Positions 1 through 11,490 are shown, counted from the stretch's first letter. The stretch is DNA of 64,000 nucleotides from Macrostomum hystrix (GCA_950097015.1 CATNEN010000038.1:5332001-5396000), one strand, 5' to 3'. The notes: generated by a model from the sequence alone, not told the origin. Numbers and translations are program-made.

Positions 1-120
1 ACTAGTAGTTAGCTTTACTTTTGCTCTACTGTAGTAGTCTCAACTCTCCTGGAACCTGAACCAGAACCGAAAATCCGATTCATCGAACGACCGGAATGCG
101 ATTCATCCCTCGGATTCATA

Positions 121-2080
121 CAAGCCATCCCACTGCCACTTCAAGCCATCCTAATACCCCAAGCCATCCCACTGCCACTTCAAGCCATCCTAATACCCCA
201 AGCCATCCCACTGCCACTTCAAGCCATCCTAATACCCCAAGCCATCCCACTGTCACTTCAAGCCATCCTAATACCCCAAGCCATCCCACTGTCACTTCAA
301 GCCATCCTAATACCCCAAGCCATCCCACTGTCACTTCAAGCCATACTAATACCCCAAGCCATCCCACTGTCACTTCAAGCCATCCTAATACCCCAAGCCA
401 TCCCACTGCCACTTCAAGCCATCCTAATACCCCAAGCCATCCCACTGCCACTTCAAGCCATCCTAATACCCCAAGCCATCCCACTGCCACTTCAAGCCAT
501 CCTAATACCCCAAGCCATCCCACTGTCACTTCAAGCCATCCTAATACCCCAAGCCATCCCACTGCCACTTCAAGCCATCCTAATACCCCAAGCCATCCCA
601 CTGCCACTTCAAGCCATCCTAATACCCCAAGCCATCCCACTGCCACTTCAAGCCATCCTAATACGCCAAGCCATCCCACTGCCACTTCAAGCCATCCTAA
701 TACCCCAAGCCATCCCACTGCCACTTCAAGCCATCCTAATACCCCAAGCCATCCCACTGCCACTTCAAGCCATCCTAATACCCCAAGCCATCCCACTGTC
801 ACTTCAAGCCATCCTAATACCCCAAGCCATCCCACTGTCACTTCAAGCCATCCTAATACCCCAAGCCATCCCACTGTCACTTCAAGCCATACTAATACCC
901 CAAGCCATCCCACTGCCACTTCAAGCCATACTAATACCCCAAGCCATCCCACTGTCACTTCAAGCCATCCTAATACCCCAAGCCATCCCACTGCCACTTC
1001 AAGCCATACTAATACCCCAAGCCATCCCACTGCCACTTCAAGCCATCCTAATACCCCAAGCCATCCCACTGCCACTTCAAGCCATCCTAATACCCCAAGC
1101 CATCCCACTGCCACTTCAAGCCATCCTAATACCCCAAGCCATCCCACTGCCACTTCAAGCCATACTAATACCCCAAGCCATCCCACTGCCACTTCAAGCC
1201 ATCCTAATACCCCAAGCCATACTAATACCCCAAGCCATACTAATACCCCAAGCCATACTAATACCCCAAGCCATACTAATACCCCAAGCCATCCTAATAC
1301 CCCAAGCCATCCCACTGCCACTTCAAGCTATCCTTATACGCCAAGCCATCCTAATACCCCAAGCCATACTAATACCCCAAGCCATACTAATACCCCAAGC
1401 CATCCTAATACCCCAAGCCATACTAATACCCCAAGCCATACTAATACCCCAAGCCATACTAATACCCCAAGCCATACTAATACCCCAAGCCATACTAATA
1501 CCCCAAGCCATACTAATACCCCAAGCCATACTAATACCCCAAGCCATACTAATACCCCAAGCCATACTAATACCCCAAGCCATACTAATACCCCAAGCCA
1601 TCCTAATACCCCAAGCCATACTAATACCCCAAGCCATCCCACTGCCACTTCAAGCCATCCTAATACCCCAAGCCATCCCACTGCCACTTCAAGCCATCCT
1701 AATACCCCAAGCCATCCCACTGCCACTTCAAGCCATCCTAATACCCCAAGCCATCCCACTGCCACTTCAAGCCATCCTAATACGCCAAGCCATCCCACTG
1801 CCACTTCAAGCTATCCTTATACGCCAAGCCATCCTAATACCCCAAGCCATCCTAATACCCCAAGCCACCCTAATACCCCAAGCCACCCTAATACCCCAAG
1901 CCATCCTAATACCCCAAGCCATCCTAATACCCCAAGCCATCCTAATACCCCAAGCCATCCTAATACCCCAAGCCATACTAATACCCCAAGCCATCCCAAT
2001 ACCCCAAGCCATCCTAATACCCCAAGCCATCCCACTGCCACTTCAAGACATCCTAATACCCCAAGCCATCCCACTGCCAT
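121..2080. repeat. Minisatellite, 39-bp unit made of 21-bp (caagccatcccactgccactt) and 18-bp (caagccatcctaataccc) subunits
   Basis: Direct tandem periodicity; pure 18-bp runs at ~1200-1630 and ~1830-2020. Confidence 0.97.
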
Positions 2081-2659
2081 GCACTTCTTGCAATTTCTAG
2101 GAGAGCACGGTACAAGAATGGTAGAAGTCACTGCTGCCAACACGACACTGAAGAGTGCGTACATCCGAGTCCATTATTTTCTTTCATTGCTAATATTATG
2201 GAGATATTGCAAGCGTAGCATGTCTTCAATTGCAGAGGCTGCGGTAGTCAGATGAAAGTCGTAGCAGCACTGGCTGCTGCTGGAGTTGGTCTATTGCTTC
2301 TTCTAGTATTGCGCTAGGTCTCATGAACTGAATCAACCTGAAAGACCAAACTGGACGACAAGAAAGAAAGCAAATACATTACTACAACTAATTTCGAGAG
2401 TAAAAACAGGTCAATTTTAGCCACTTTTAGGAGCAAGCGGCATATTAGGGTCACTAAAAGCCTTGTTTAGTTTTTTTATTAGGAGAAGTCCGCATTACCT
2501 TCAGACATTAGAATCACTTTTTTAGCCTTCACAAAAACGCAAGAAAATCTATAACGGATTATTTTAAAAAATGTTGATTAACACCTTTAACACCCACATA
2601 AAAATACAGTGTGTAACTCCTATATCTAGCAGTGCGCACTTAATTTCATTTATTAAACT

Positions 2660-2900
2660 TAATTTGAGCCAATCAGGCACTTGTGCAGCCGACAGCACAG
2701 CCGCATGCAGCTATTCCGCGCCGCATTTTAAGGCTGCGTATTGGAGTTCAGTCCATGGACTGGAGGAAAACGCCACCGACCCTGAATTACCCCTCAGACA
2801 GCTGGGTGAACTGAAGCGATGCAGAGTAAAGAGTCTTGCTAAAGAACCCACAAATTGTTCCAGTGGGGTCGGGAATCGAACCTCTGACCTTTAAGTCGTG
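2660..2900 (-). mobile_element. tRNA-derived SINE, family B (CORE-like central domain)
   Basis: Minus strand has B-box GGTTCGATTCC then ttctttagcaagactctttact...cttcagttcacccagctgt (CORE-like). Shares cctcc..agtcc..ggactga and gcgg....aatagctgc with the copy at ~59440. Confidence 0.5.
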
Positions 2901-3154
2901 AGTCCGACTTGAGAGTAAATATATATTAAAGAAAGTGTGAACTGGGAGGCTGGGATAATGAGATGGAGTGACCAATCACAGGGTCTCACTGTACCCTAAA
3001 AAACACCCACCCCTCCACGACATAGAAGTGTTCGAGATTTTTTTGGAATCCTGTCTGACAACATGGCATAATACACCCCCCAGATACTACTTCTATGCTG
3101 AATCCGTAGAACTGTTCGTATTTCTATTTTGGAAAACTTTAAGCATTTTGTGGC

Positions 3155-3627
3155 AGTCTGTCTGTCTCTCTGTCTGTCTATGTGTCTGTCAAGGACCACT
3201 AGTAGATAGTCTACTTAAGTAGTCCGTGGTGTCTGTCTGTGTCTCTGTCAGTCTGTCTGTGTCTCTGTCAGTCTGTCTGTGTCTCTGTCAGTCTGTCTGT
3301 GTCTCTGTCAGTCTGTCTGTGTCTCTGTCAGTCTGTCTGTGTCTCTGTCAGTCTGTCTGTGTCTCTGTCAGTCTGTCTGTGTCTCTGTCTGTCTGTCTCT
3401 GCCTGTCTGTCTGTCTGTCTGTGTCTCTGTCTGTCTGTCTGTGTCTCTGTCTGTCTGTCTGTGCCTGTCTGTCTGTCTGTCTGTGTCTCTGTCAGTCTGT
3501 CTGTGTCTCTGTCAGTCTGTCTGTGTCTCTGTCTGTCTGTCTGTGCCTGTCTGTCTGTCTGTCTGTGTCTCTGTCTGTCTGTCTGTGTCTCTGTCTGTCT
3601 GTCTGTGTCTGTCTGTCTGTCCGTCTG
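3155..3627. repeat. (TCTG)n-derived micro/minisatellite, 20-bp unit gtctctgtcagtctgtctgt
   Basis: Direct periodicity. Confidence 0.95.
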
Positions 3628-4140
3628 TCTTATTTTTATCCCAATGCTCAATAGAGCGGTCATTCTCCCCACCTTACCAGCCAGTCGATCTCCCCTTATT
3701 GGTTGGAGCATGTCAGGTGCTCGGGTTCCCATACATTGCCTCCTCAATCGAAGTCTCGTGCCCCAGACACCGGGGTTGAAGAGCGCACAACAAGCGACCA
3801 AGCTATAAAATCGGGACTGAATGAAAAACATCGGCTGACAAGTAAGGACACAGAAATCGATGGCACTTTTATTCACTCCTCGAGCCAAATACTCGGTGTT
3901 TAGTTTCGCCCTTTTGGCACCCCGAGCCAGATGGAAGGTGCCTAAAATCGAATTCCCTTCTTCCAGCTCCCCTCAAAGCAAAACTTGAGTGAGTTCTTGA
4001 GTGAGCTTGAGTCAATGGTCGGCTCGACTTTCAAGCAGTTACCAGCTGCCTTGAGTCACCTTCAAATGTTAGCTACATGCGATATTGTGATTGTGAATGG
4101 TTGCTTGTGACTTATCTCGCCACCTCTGCATACATTTCCC

Positions 4141-4940
4141 TCCTCTGCCATTTCTTCCTTTCTCCTCCGCCATTTCTTCCTTTCTCCTCCGCCATTTCTT
4201 CCTTTCTCCTCTGCCATTTCTTCCCTTCTCCTCTGCCATTTCTTCCTTTCTCCTCCGCCATTTCTTCCCTTCTCCTCCGCCATTTCTTCCTTTCCCCTCC
4301 GCCATTTCTTCCTTTCCCCTCCGCCATTTCTTCCTTTCTCCTCCGCCATTTCTTCCTTTCTCCTCCGCCATTTCTTCCTTTCCCCTCTGCCATTTCTTCC
4401 TTTCCCCTCCGCCATTTCTTCCTTTCTCCTCCGCCATTTCTTCCTTTCTCCTCTGCCATCCTTTCTCCTCTGCCATTTCTTCCTTTCTCCTCTGCCATTT
4501 CTTCCTTTCTCCTCTGCCATTTCTTCCCTTCTCCTCCGCCATTTCTTCCTTTCTCCTCTGCCATTTCTTCCTTTCTCCTCCGCCATTTCTTCCTTTCTCC
4601 TCCGCCATTTCTTCCTTTCTCCTCCGCCATTTCTTCCTTTCCCCTCCGCCATTTCTTCCTTTCTCCTCCGCCATTTCTTCCTTTCTCCTCCGCCATTTCT
4701 TCCTTTCTCCTCTGCCATTTCTTCCTTTCTCCTCTGCCATTTCTTCCTTTCTCCTCCGCCATTTCTTCCTTTCTCCTCCACCATTTCTTCCTTTCTCCTC
4801 TGCCATTTCTTCCCTTCTCCTCTGCCATTTCTTCCTTTCTCCTCTGCCATTTCTTCCCTTCTCCTCTGCCATTTCTTCCTTTCTCCTCTGCCATCCTTTC
4901 TCCTCTGCCATTTCTTCCTTTCTCCTCCGCCATTTCTTCC
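4141..4940. repeat. 22-bp pyrimidine-rich minisatellite (catttcttcctttctcctccgc)
   Basis: Direct periodicity. Confidence 0.97.
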
Positions 4941-5131
4941 TCAGAGTGTGAGATTGTGTCAGAAGTCCTTTGCTTGTACGCTTTTTCCTATTGGCTGTCC
5001 TTGGGGGCGTAACTTCCTGAGTTTGTATTTGAGTCTGTGATTTGAGTCTGTGATCTGAGTCTGTGATTTGAGTTTGTGATTTGAGTATTGGCATTGAGTT
5101 TACTGCACTGACTTGAAATTTAACGATCAGC

Positions 5132-7044
5132 ATGGACATCTCAGGACTGAGCGTGTCCTACAACTTGACTACTGGCAGCATGCTCAATGTTGTGCCTGGT
5201 AAGTCCATCCATCCATCCATCCATCCATCCATCCATCCATCCATACATCCATCCATCCATCCATCCATCCATCCATCTATCCATCCATCCATCCATCCAT
5301 CCATCCACCCATCTATTCATCCATCCATCCATACATCTATCCATCCATCCATCCATCCATCTATTCATCCATCCATCCATACTTCTATCTATCCATCCAT
5401 CCACCCATCCATCCATCCATCCATCCATCCATCAACCCATCCATCCATCCATCCATCCATCCATCTATCCATCCATCCATCCATCCATCCATCCATCCAT
5501 CTACACATCCTCAGAGATCACCTATCCTGGCCTGGTTATTCTGCTGTTCGGTTGCATTGTCGGCGGTCTGGGCAATATTCTCATCATATTGGCCGTTGTG
5601 CTCCGCAGGGTGAGATTTAGTTCAACTATAATCCTGTTCTTAATTTGTTTACTATCTAAGAAAAATGTAAAAATGCCACCCCTGACTGAAATCAATCCAC
5701 GCTCCAGTCGTTGCATCAGCTGAACAACATCTTCGTGGTGAACCTGGCTATCGCTGACCTCCTGATGACACTCATTGTCGACCCATTCGGCGTAGTCAGT
5801 GAGTCACTGAATAATTAGTGATAAGATTAGCTTGACCTACCTGATCACATTGGTGAGACTCACTAAACCTTATCCCCTTGACCCACTAGATCTACCTGGT
5901 TCCCTTGACCCACTAGACCTACCTAGTTCCCTTGACCCACTAGATCTGATCCACTTGACCCACTAGACCTACCTGGTTCCCTTGACCCACTAGATCTGAT
6001 CCACTTGACCCACTAGACCTACCTGGTTCCCTTGACCCACTAGATCTGATCCACTTGACCCACTAGACCTACCTGGTTCCCTTGACCCACTAGACCTACC
6101 TGATTCCCTTGACCCACTAGATCTACCTGGTTCTCTTGACCCACTAGACCTGATCCACTTGACCCACTAGACCTGATCCCCTTGACCCACTAGACCTACC
6201 TGATCCCCTTGACCCACTAGACCAAGTTTTTTTCTCAGACACTTGTCTCCATCTGGCAGGCATTTTCCATGGTCAAATTTACTACATGCAACGGCCCGCC
6301 TTATGCATCATTGTTGCCTCGGTCTGCCTGACTGCCTGCTACTGCTCACTGCTCAGCCTAGGGGCCATTGCAGTCAACCGCTACATCCACATCTGCCACC
6401 CTGGCAGCTACAGAGCCGTCTACAGCCGACGCTCCACATTGGCTATGTGCGTCAGCCTGTGGATCGTCAGCTTCCTGCTGGAGCTGCCAAACTTTCTTGG
6501 CTGGGGCGGGCACACGTACGATTGGAAGAACATCACCTGCCTTTGGGACCGACTGGCTTCCAGATCCTACACCATCTTCTTCGGCTTCGTGGCTGTCGGC
6601 CTGCCCTGTTGCGTCATCGCTGTCTGCTATCTGCTAATCTTCCTCAAAATTCACCAGACCACCAAGAATGTCAAGAAACTTCTAGCAGCCAATGAGCAGT
6701 CTGAGCAGCAGCAGCAGCAGCAGCAACACAGCTTCAGCTCAGCTCGCCTTGCAAAGACCCTGTTCCTCGTATTCGCTGTCCTTGTGATCTGCTGGACACC
6801 GTTCACTGTTTTAGTGGTGTTCGACTACAACAACCGCCTGCCAATGCACTTCCACGCTTACAGCACCTTCCTTGCGCACTCCAACTCCACCATCAACTTC
6901 CTGGTCTACGGCCTGACCAATCGGGAGTTCATGAAAGGCTACCAGGAGGCGCTGAAACGTCTGGCCGCGGCCTGCCACCTTGGCAACCGGCGTAGCAACC
7001 GCGTGGCCAATGAGAGCTCAATGGCTATGCCGGAAATTCACTGA
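5132..7044 (+). CDS. Class A GPCR, melatonin-receptor-like; exons 5132-5198, 5515-5609, 5708-5798, 6260-7044
   Basis: GT-AG junctions keep frame. TM1 GN (GGLGNILII), TM2 [12 protein letters not shown]3 NRY motif ([10 protein letters not shown], melatonin-receptor type), TM6 CWTP, TM7 [12 protein letters not shown]. Confidence 0.9.
5205..5500. repeat. (CCAT)n microsatellite filling GPCR intron 1
   Basis: Starts immediately after the gtaagt donor and ends ~12 nt before the acceptor. Confidence 0.97.
5875..6223. repeat. Minisatellite (cttgacccactagacc core, 23-27-bp units) in GPCR intron 3
   Basis: Direct periodicity. Confidence 0.93.
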
Positions 7045-8062
7045 TTGGCCTCCGCCGTTCCTGGGGTTCGAATTTTCTGAAGACGCATTCTGATTGGTTG
7101 TCAGAACTAAACCATGGTACATATCCAATCTGATTGGTCAATAGTTTGCGCCTAATTATTTTCCGCTACCCTCAATCTCATCACACCGGTCTAATATAGT
7201 ACAACTTCGACACCATTTTGGTATCAATATCTAGAGAGCTAACTTTAACAATAGCGACAAGCTGACATATTTTTCACGAAATTCGTGACTTATGAAGAGC
7301 AAATTCGTTCATTGAATCGCAGACAAACACACACAGCTCAAGCGAAGAGCTCATCTACCTACCTGATTTAGCTTTGATCTGAGCATCATTAAGAATATAA
7401 TTGTGACTGGTAATTAATCATGGAACCCACTCAAGCCGAAATTACAATTGTGAGCCTCAAGCCAATGCCCTGTTTTGCACCTGACTGCTAATGAAGCAAA
7501 AAACACAGGAGAAAGGGAAGAGGTTAATTCAGTTGCAAATTCATGGGCAGAACGGCTTTGGCTTTGAGCTTTAGCGATCGAGTTCGGTATGACTTTGAGT
7601 GTTTCTCAAGCATCAGCTGGCTGGGTGAAATAAGGTACCTTACCTTACGATAAAACTCAATTGAATTCGCTACTTTTGCATAACGAAACTTATTCAGTTC
7701 GGCGACTGTACGGATGGAGGTAAATATCAGTAAATGGATGCGAATGTAGCGTTTGACTGATCCGATGCAGCATAATGCATGTCCATGATCATAGCGTGAA
7801 CCTGTGCTGCGCTACTTCGAATGGCTACATGTAATAACGAAAATTAAATAAGAGGACGGAACAACAGTTTTTTGGAGTTGTTGAAGCTATAAGGTTCTGA
7901 TCTCATTATAAGTATTTACTCTTTAACTGTAATGCTCACACTACATGTAAATCATTGACTTGCATTGGGGATAGATGTACGGATACGTACATTCAGTACG
8001 TATAAATCTACACGTAACATTAGTGTATTGATATAGCACATTTAGTTGATAATAATACTATA

Positions 8063-8315
8063 CCTTTTCAACTTCGGATTCGTCAAAAGTGAGTTCGAAT
8101 TCGTCAGCCTATATAAAACTATAGAGCACTCAAGGGAATGAGAAGGGGTGTCTATGGTAATTTCTTTCGAGAAAGTGACTTCGAATTCGTCAAAGTAAGT
8201 GAAGTTCGTCAGTGCAAAAGCAGCCTGATCAGAAAGTGTCTTCGCTTCGTCTATGGCAAGAAAGCAAAGTGCCCAGTGTAAATTTAAGCGAGAAAGTGAG
8301 TGAAATTCGTCAATG
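8063..8315 (+). repeat. Left terminal inverted repeat (253 bp)
   Basis: Reverse complement of 10787-11039; internally rich in TTCGTCA and GTCTATGG motifs. Confidence 0.95.
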
Positions 8316-8338
8316 TAAAATAAGTCAGCAATCTTTCA

Positions 8339-8821
8339 TTACTCATCTACGTAGATTAAATTCCTTACAAACAGTCCAGTTTCTAGCATCCAGGTCATGT
8401 GTAGAAAGTAATCTAGCTTCTTTTGTCACGTCACTATTGCAATCTCCGTGAACCCGCCGTACATCTTTTAATGTAATGCACAAAGTCCCGTCAAGCCGAC
8501 GACTAATTGCCTGCGTTGTCACGACACGAGCAGCAGGAAAGTCTGCCACAAGCTTTGCTGCATTTCTTTTAGCGTTACAGTCGGCTTCTCTTCCACGTAC
8601 CTCGTCAATGCCTCGAGCATCTCCTCAGTGAACTTTGGTCTCAACACACCTCCACGCGCGTTAAGATCAATCCTATCTTCATCTACATATCTTCTGATAA
8701 TGTCATTGGCAGTCGTCCTCTTGATGTCCAGTTCAACTGCGAGAAGTCTCCAGTCTCGTCCCTGTTGAAAACATCGCACGAGTCTAGAGCGATCCACAGA
8801 CGAAATTCTCATATATGGCAT
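8339..8821 (-). pseudogene. IS630/Tc1-like transposase, N-terminal half (HTH domains to first catalytic D), two frameshifts
   Basis: MPYM...LAVELDIKRTTANDIIRRY...ARGG..PK...EKPTVTLKEMQ (paired-like HTH plus RGG linker); shifted frames give VTTQAISRRLDG..ITLK..CNSDVTKEAR and MLETGLFVRNLIYVDE* (first DDE aspartate motif). Confidence 0.75.
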
Positions 8822-8997
8822 CTCTGACAACAATAAGAGCAGGAAATGAGTAATGAAAGATTGCTGACTTATTTTATATTGTCTCATGATTTCTACACAA
8901 AATAGGCGTTTAATAATCTTTCATTATCAAACGGTTGATAATGCATGACTAAATTTAGATACCGTCTATGGTAATTCGTCAGAAACTTTGGTCTTAA

Positions 8998-10490
8998 ATG
9001 TTCGAAGTTACAGCGAAGACTTCTCAGTTTTTCATTTTAAGCCGTCTTCGCTTGCCTGCCTTAAACATGACCGCTACGCATCTTATCAATTGGTCTCATC
9101 TGCCGGTTGATAGTCTCGATGGCGTTTCATCCAGCGAATACTCATTCATTGCGGAGCTGAGCAGTGACAATCACCGAGATGACAATCAGCTGGAGGACTT
9201 TATTAACTTCATTACCGATCATTCACGATCTGACGATGAACTGCTTGGTGTCGATCTGCCGGAATGTGAAGATGATGGAGCTTCTGTTGCTACTGATGTC
9301 ATGGACAAGGCCGAGGTGGATTCTCTACCAAGATCGACCAAGGAGCAAATGTTCCTTTATGGCAAAGCGTTTGCCAGCTACATGAGTGACTTGGGTCATC
9401 CTGTTGAAAGTCTCAAAACAATGGAGCCCAGTAGCCTCAACGAGCACCTGCGGTTCTACTACTTTCGGCTTTCTAAACCGAATGGAGAGTCGTACTCGCC
9501 ATCTAGCTTGGTCTGCATTCGGGCCGGCATCCAGCGATTTTTTCACTTCATTATCAAGCGTGAACTCAACATCGTCGATGATCCTAACTTTGCTACTGCC
9601 AATCGCATGCTTCGAGTTAAGGTGCGGGATTTTCATTCTAAAGGCGGGAGCGTGAAGCGTTACGAACCGATAGAGCGCGCCGATCTAACCAAGTTGTCCA
9701 GTTACTTTGATCGCTCGACTGGAGAACGACTACAGGATGAAGTGATTTACACTTTATTGTATGTCTTGGGAGAGCGCGGTCAAGAGCACCTCCAACACCT
9801 TCGTCAGAGAGACATACTCGTAGAAAAAGAAGACGGCGACGGCAAGAAGTATTACGAGCTACCTAACCTCAGAACCAAGAACCAGAGTGCCAATCCAGTC
9901 AAGGCCAAAGGTTTCAACCCAAAACAAGCGAGAATCGAATCTATGGCGGTCAGTATGAACTCATTAAGACCTACCTTCAAGTCCTGCCCAACGAAACCAA
10001 GGACAATTCGTTTTTTCCAAGACCGATGGCAAATAAAGAAGGACAGCTGCAGTTTTAAACTAAGCAGGTTCGTGGGATCAATTGGTTAGGATCGTTCATG
10101 ACTCGATTAAGCACCCTGTGTGAGCTCAGCAAAAAGTATACGAACCATTGCATTCGAGTAACTAGGACGGCTGATCTACACGAAGCTGGCTATACTCTGT
10201 CCGACATCATGAATATCACGGGACATCAATCTGAGTCGACAGTTCGGCGGTATCTATCGAGGAAACGTGACCACACGCTGCGAGACATGGCTACGACTGT
10301 GGGGGAAGCTTAGCAATCAAGTGATTCTCGTACGAACACAGAATTGGTTAGGACTGATCAGCCATCTAACGCTGGATCGTCAAGCACGATGGACGTGAGT
10401 AACCAGAACATTACACTTAGTAGGCAGAACGTCTCAACTATCTTCACGGATTGTCATTTCTCTGGCTGCACTTTCAACTTGAATGGTTAG
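8998..10490 (+). pseudogene. Crypton-like (DUF3504 type) tyrosine recombinase, one frameshift (~9940) and two in-frame stops
   Basis: LNEHLRFYY..KPNGESYSPSSL..IRAGIQR; catalytic set R (GERGQE), K (TKNQ), HxxR (TNHCIR), H (TGHQS), Y (VRRY); C-terminal IFTDCHFSGCTFN typical of this family. Confidence 0.85.
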
Positions 10491-10786
10491 AGACATCTGC
10501 GTCATTGAGAATTGCAACTATAAACAACTAAAAACTGTAAACTGTTCATTGCTTAACCATTGAAGCTGATTTCTCGTTGATATGAAAAATAAACTCGCAG
10601 TTCCACCATAGTCTATGGTAGATGTTGAAAAGTTGGCGTTTGATAATCACAAAATTACACAACGAGAAATAATAAGAGAAAGAATGTGACAATGTAAAAT
10701 AAGTCAGCAATCTTTCATTAATTTCATGGCTTCGCCACTCGTGACTTTGAGCATTATCAAAGCCTAAAACCATAGACACAACTAAC

Positions 10787-11039
10787 CATTGACGAATTTC
10801 ACTCACTTTCTCGCTTAAATTTACACTGGGCACTTTGCTTTCTTGCCATAGACGAAGCGAAGACACTTTCTGATCAGGCTGCTTTTGCACTGACGAATTT
10901 CACTTACTTTGACGAATTCGAAGTCACTTTCTCGAAAGAAATTACCATAGACACCCCTTCTCATTCCCTTGAGTGCTCTATAGTTTTATATAGGCTGACG
11001 AATTCGAACTCACTTTTGACGAATCCGAAGTTGAAAAGG
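10787..11039 (-). repeat. Right terminal inverted repeat (253 bp)
   Basis: Reverse complement of 8063-8315. Confidence 0.95.
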
Positions 11040-11043
11040 TATA

Positions 11044-11490
11044 TTACAGGAGGACTAGGTGGGCAATTTCACATCATTTGGTGACACCAGACCCGCAGCA
11101 GGCAATTCTGCCCATTCCGCTAACACCTAAGGTGCAACTCGAACTCAGCTGGTACGGGAAATCTCCAGAATCCGCCTGACTAAGCCGAATGCAAATTTTC
11201 AGTGTCCTCTTTTTTTAAAGAAAGATGTCCGATGATTGGTTGAACAAATCATTCTGCCCGTTTCGTTGACTCCTGAGCACACACACACACACGCAGATAC
11301 CGTACGCAGGCACACACAGGTGTGTACATCTGCCCTGACTTTGCCCGGAGATTGGCCCTCAAGTGCGTAAATCGCACTAAAAGTCCCCAAGCCTTCTCTC
11401 CACGGCAGCGCCCCAAATGAATGTGGCCTCGCCACGGAATCGAGCTCGGGGACCTTGGCGCGAAAGACAAACGCGTTAACCCGTTTAACC
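11044..11490 (-). mobile_element. tRNA-derived SINE, family A
   Basis: Homologous to the copies at 19005, 20125, 21904 and 27594 (tggtgacac.agacc.gcagc, gactcctgagcac, ccccaagccttctct, B-box remnant). Confidence 0.8.

Larger units (their letters stand above)
8063..11039. mobile_element. TIR DNA element carrying a Crypton-type tyrosine recombinase and an IS630/Tc1-type transposase fragment
   Basis: 253-bp inverted repeats 8063-8315 and 10787-11039 (one mismatch seen, at 8204); TATA on both flanks (8059-8062, 11040-11043); two internal TE-type coding remnants. Confidence 0.9.

Noticed and set aside
96-2255. 719-aa SHPT/NTP repeat ORF
   Set aside because: Translation of a 39/18-bp minisatellite, open on both strands, no non-repeat domain
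8212-8451. ORF sharing its N-terminus with 10546-10890 (-)
   Set aside because: The identity is only the two TIR copies; GTG start and no coding signature
8998-10490. Bacterial or phage integrase contamination, or a domesticated host gene (ZMYM/KCTD1/QRICH1-like)
   Set aside because: Motifs are eukaryotic Crypton/DUF3504 type, the catalytic residues are retained, and the gene is intronless, disrupted and embedded in TIRs within a host SINE tail
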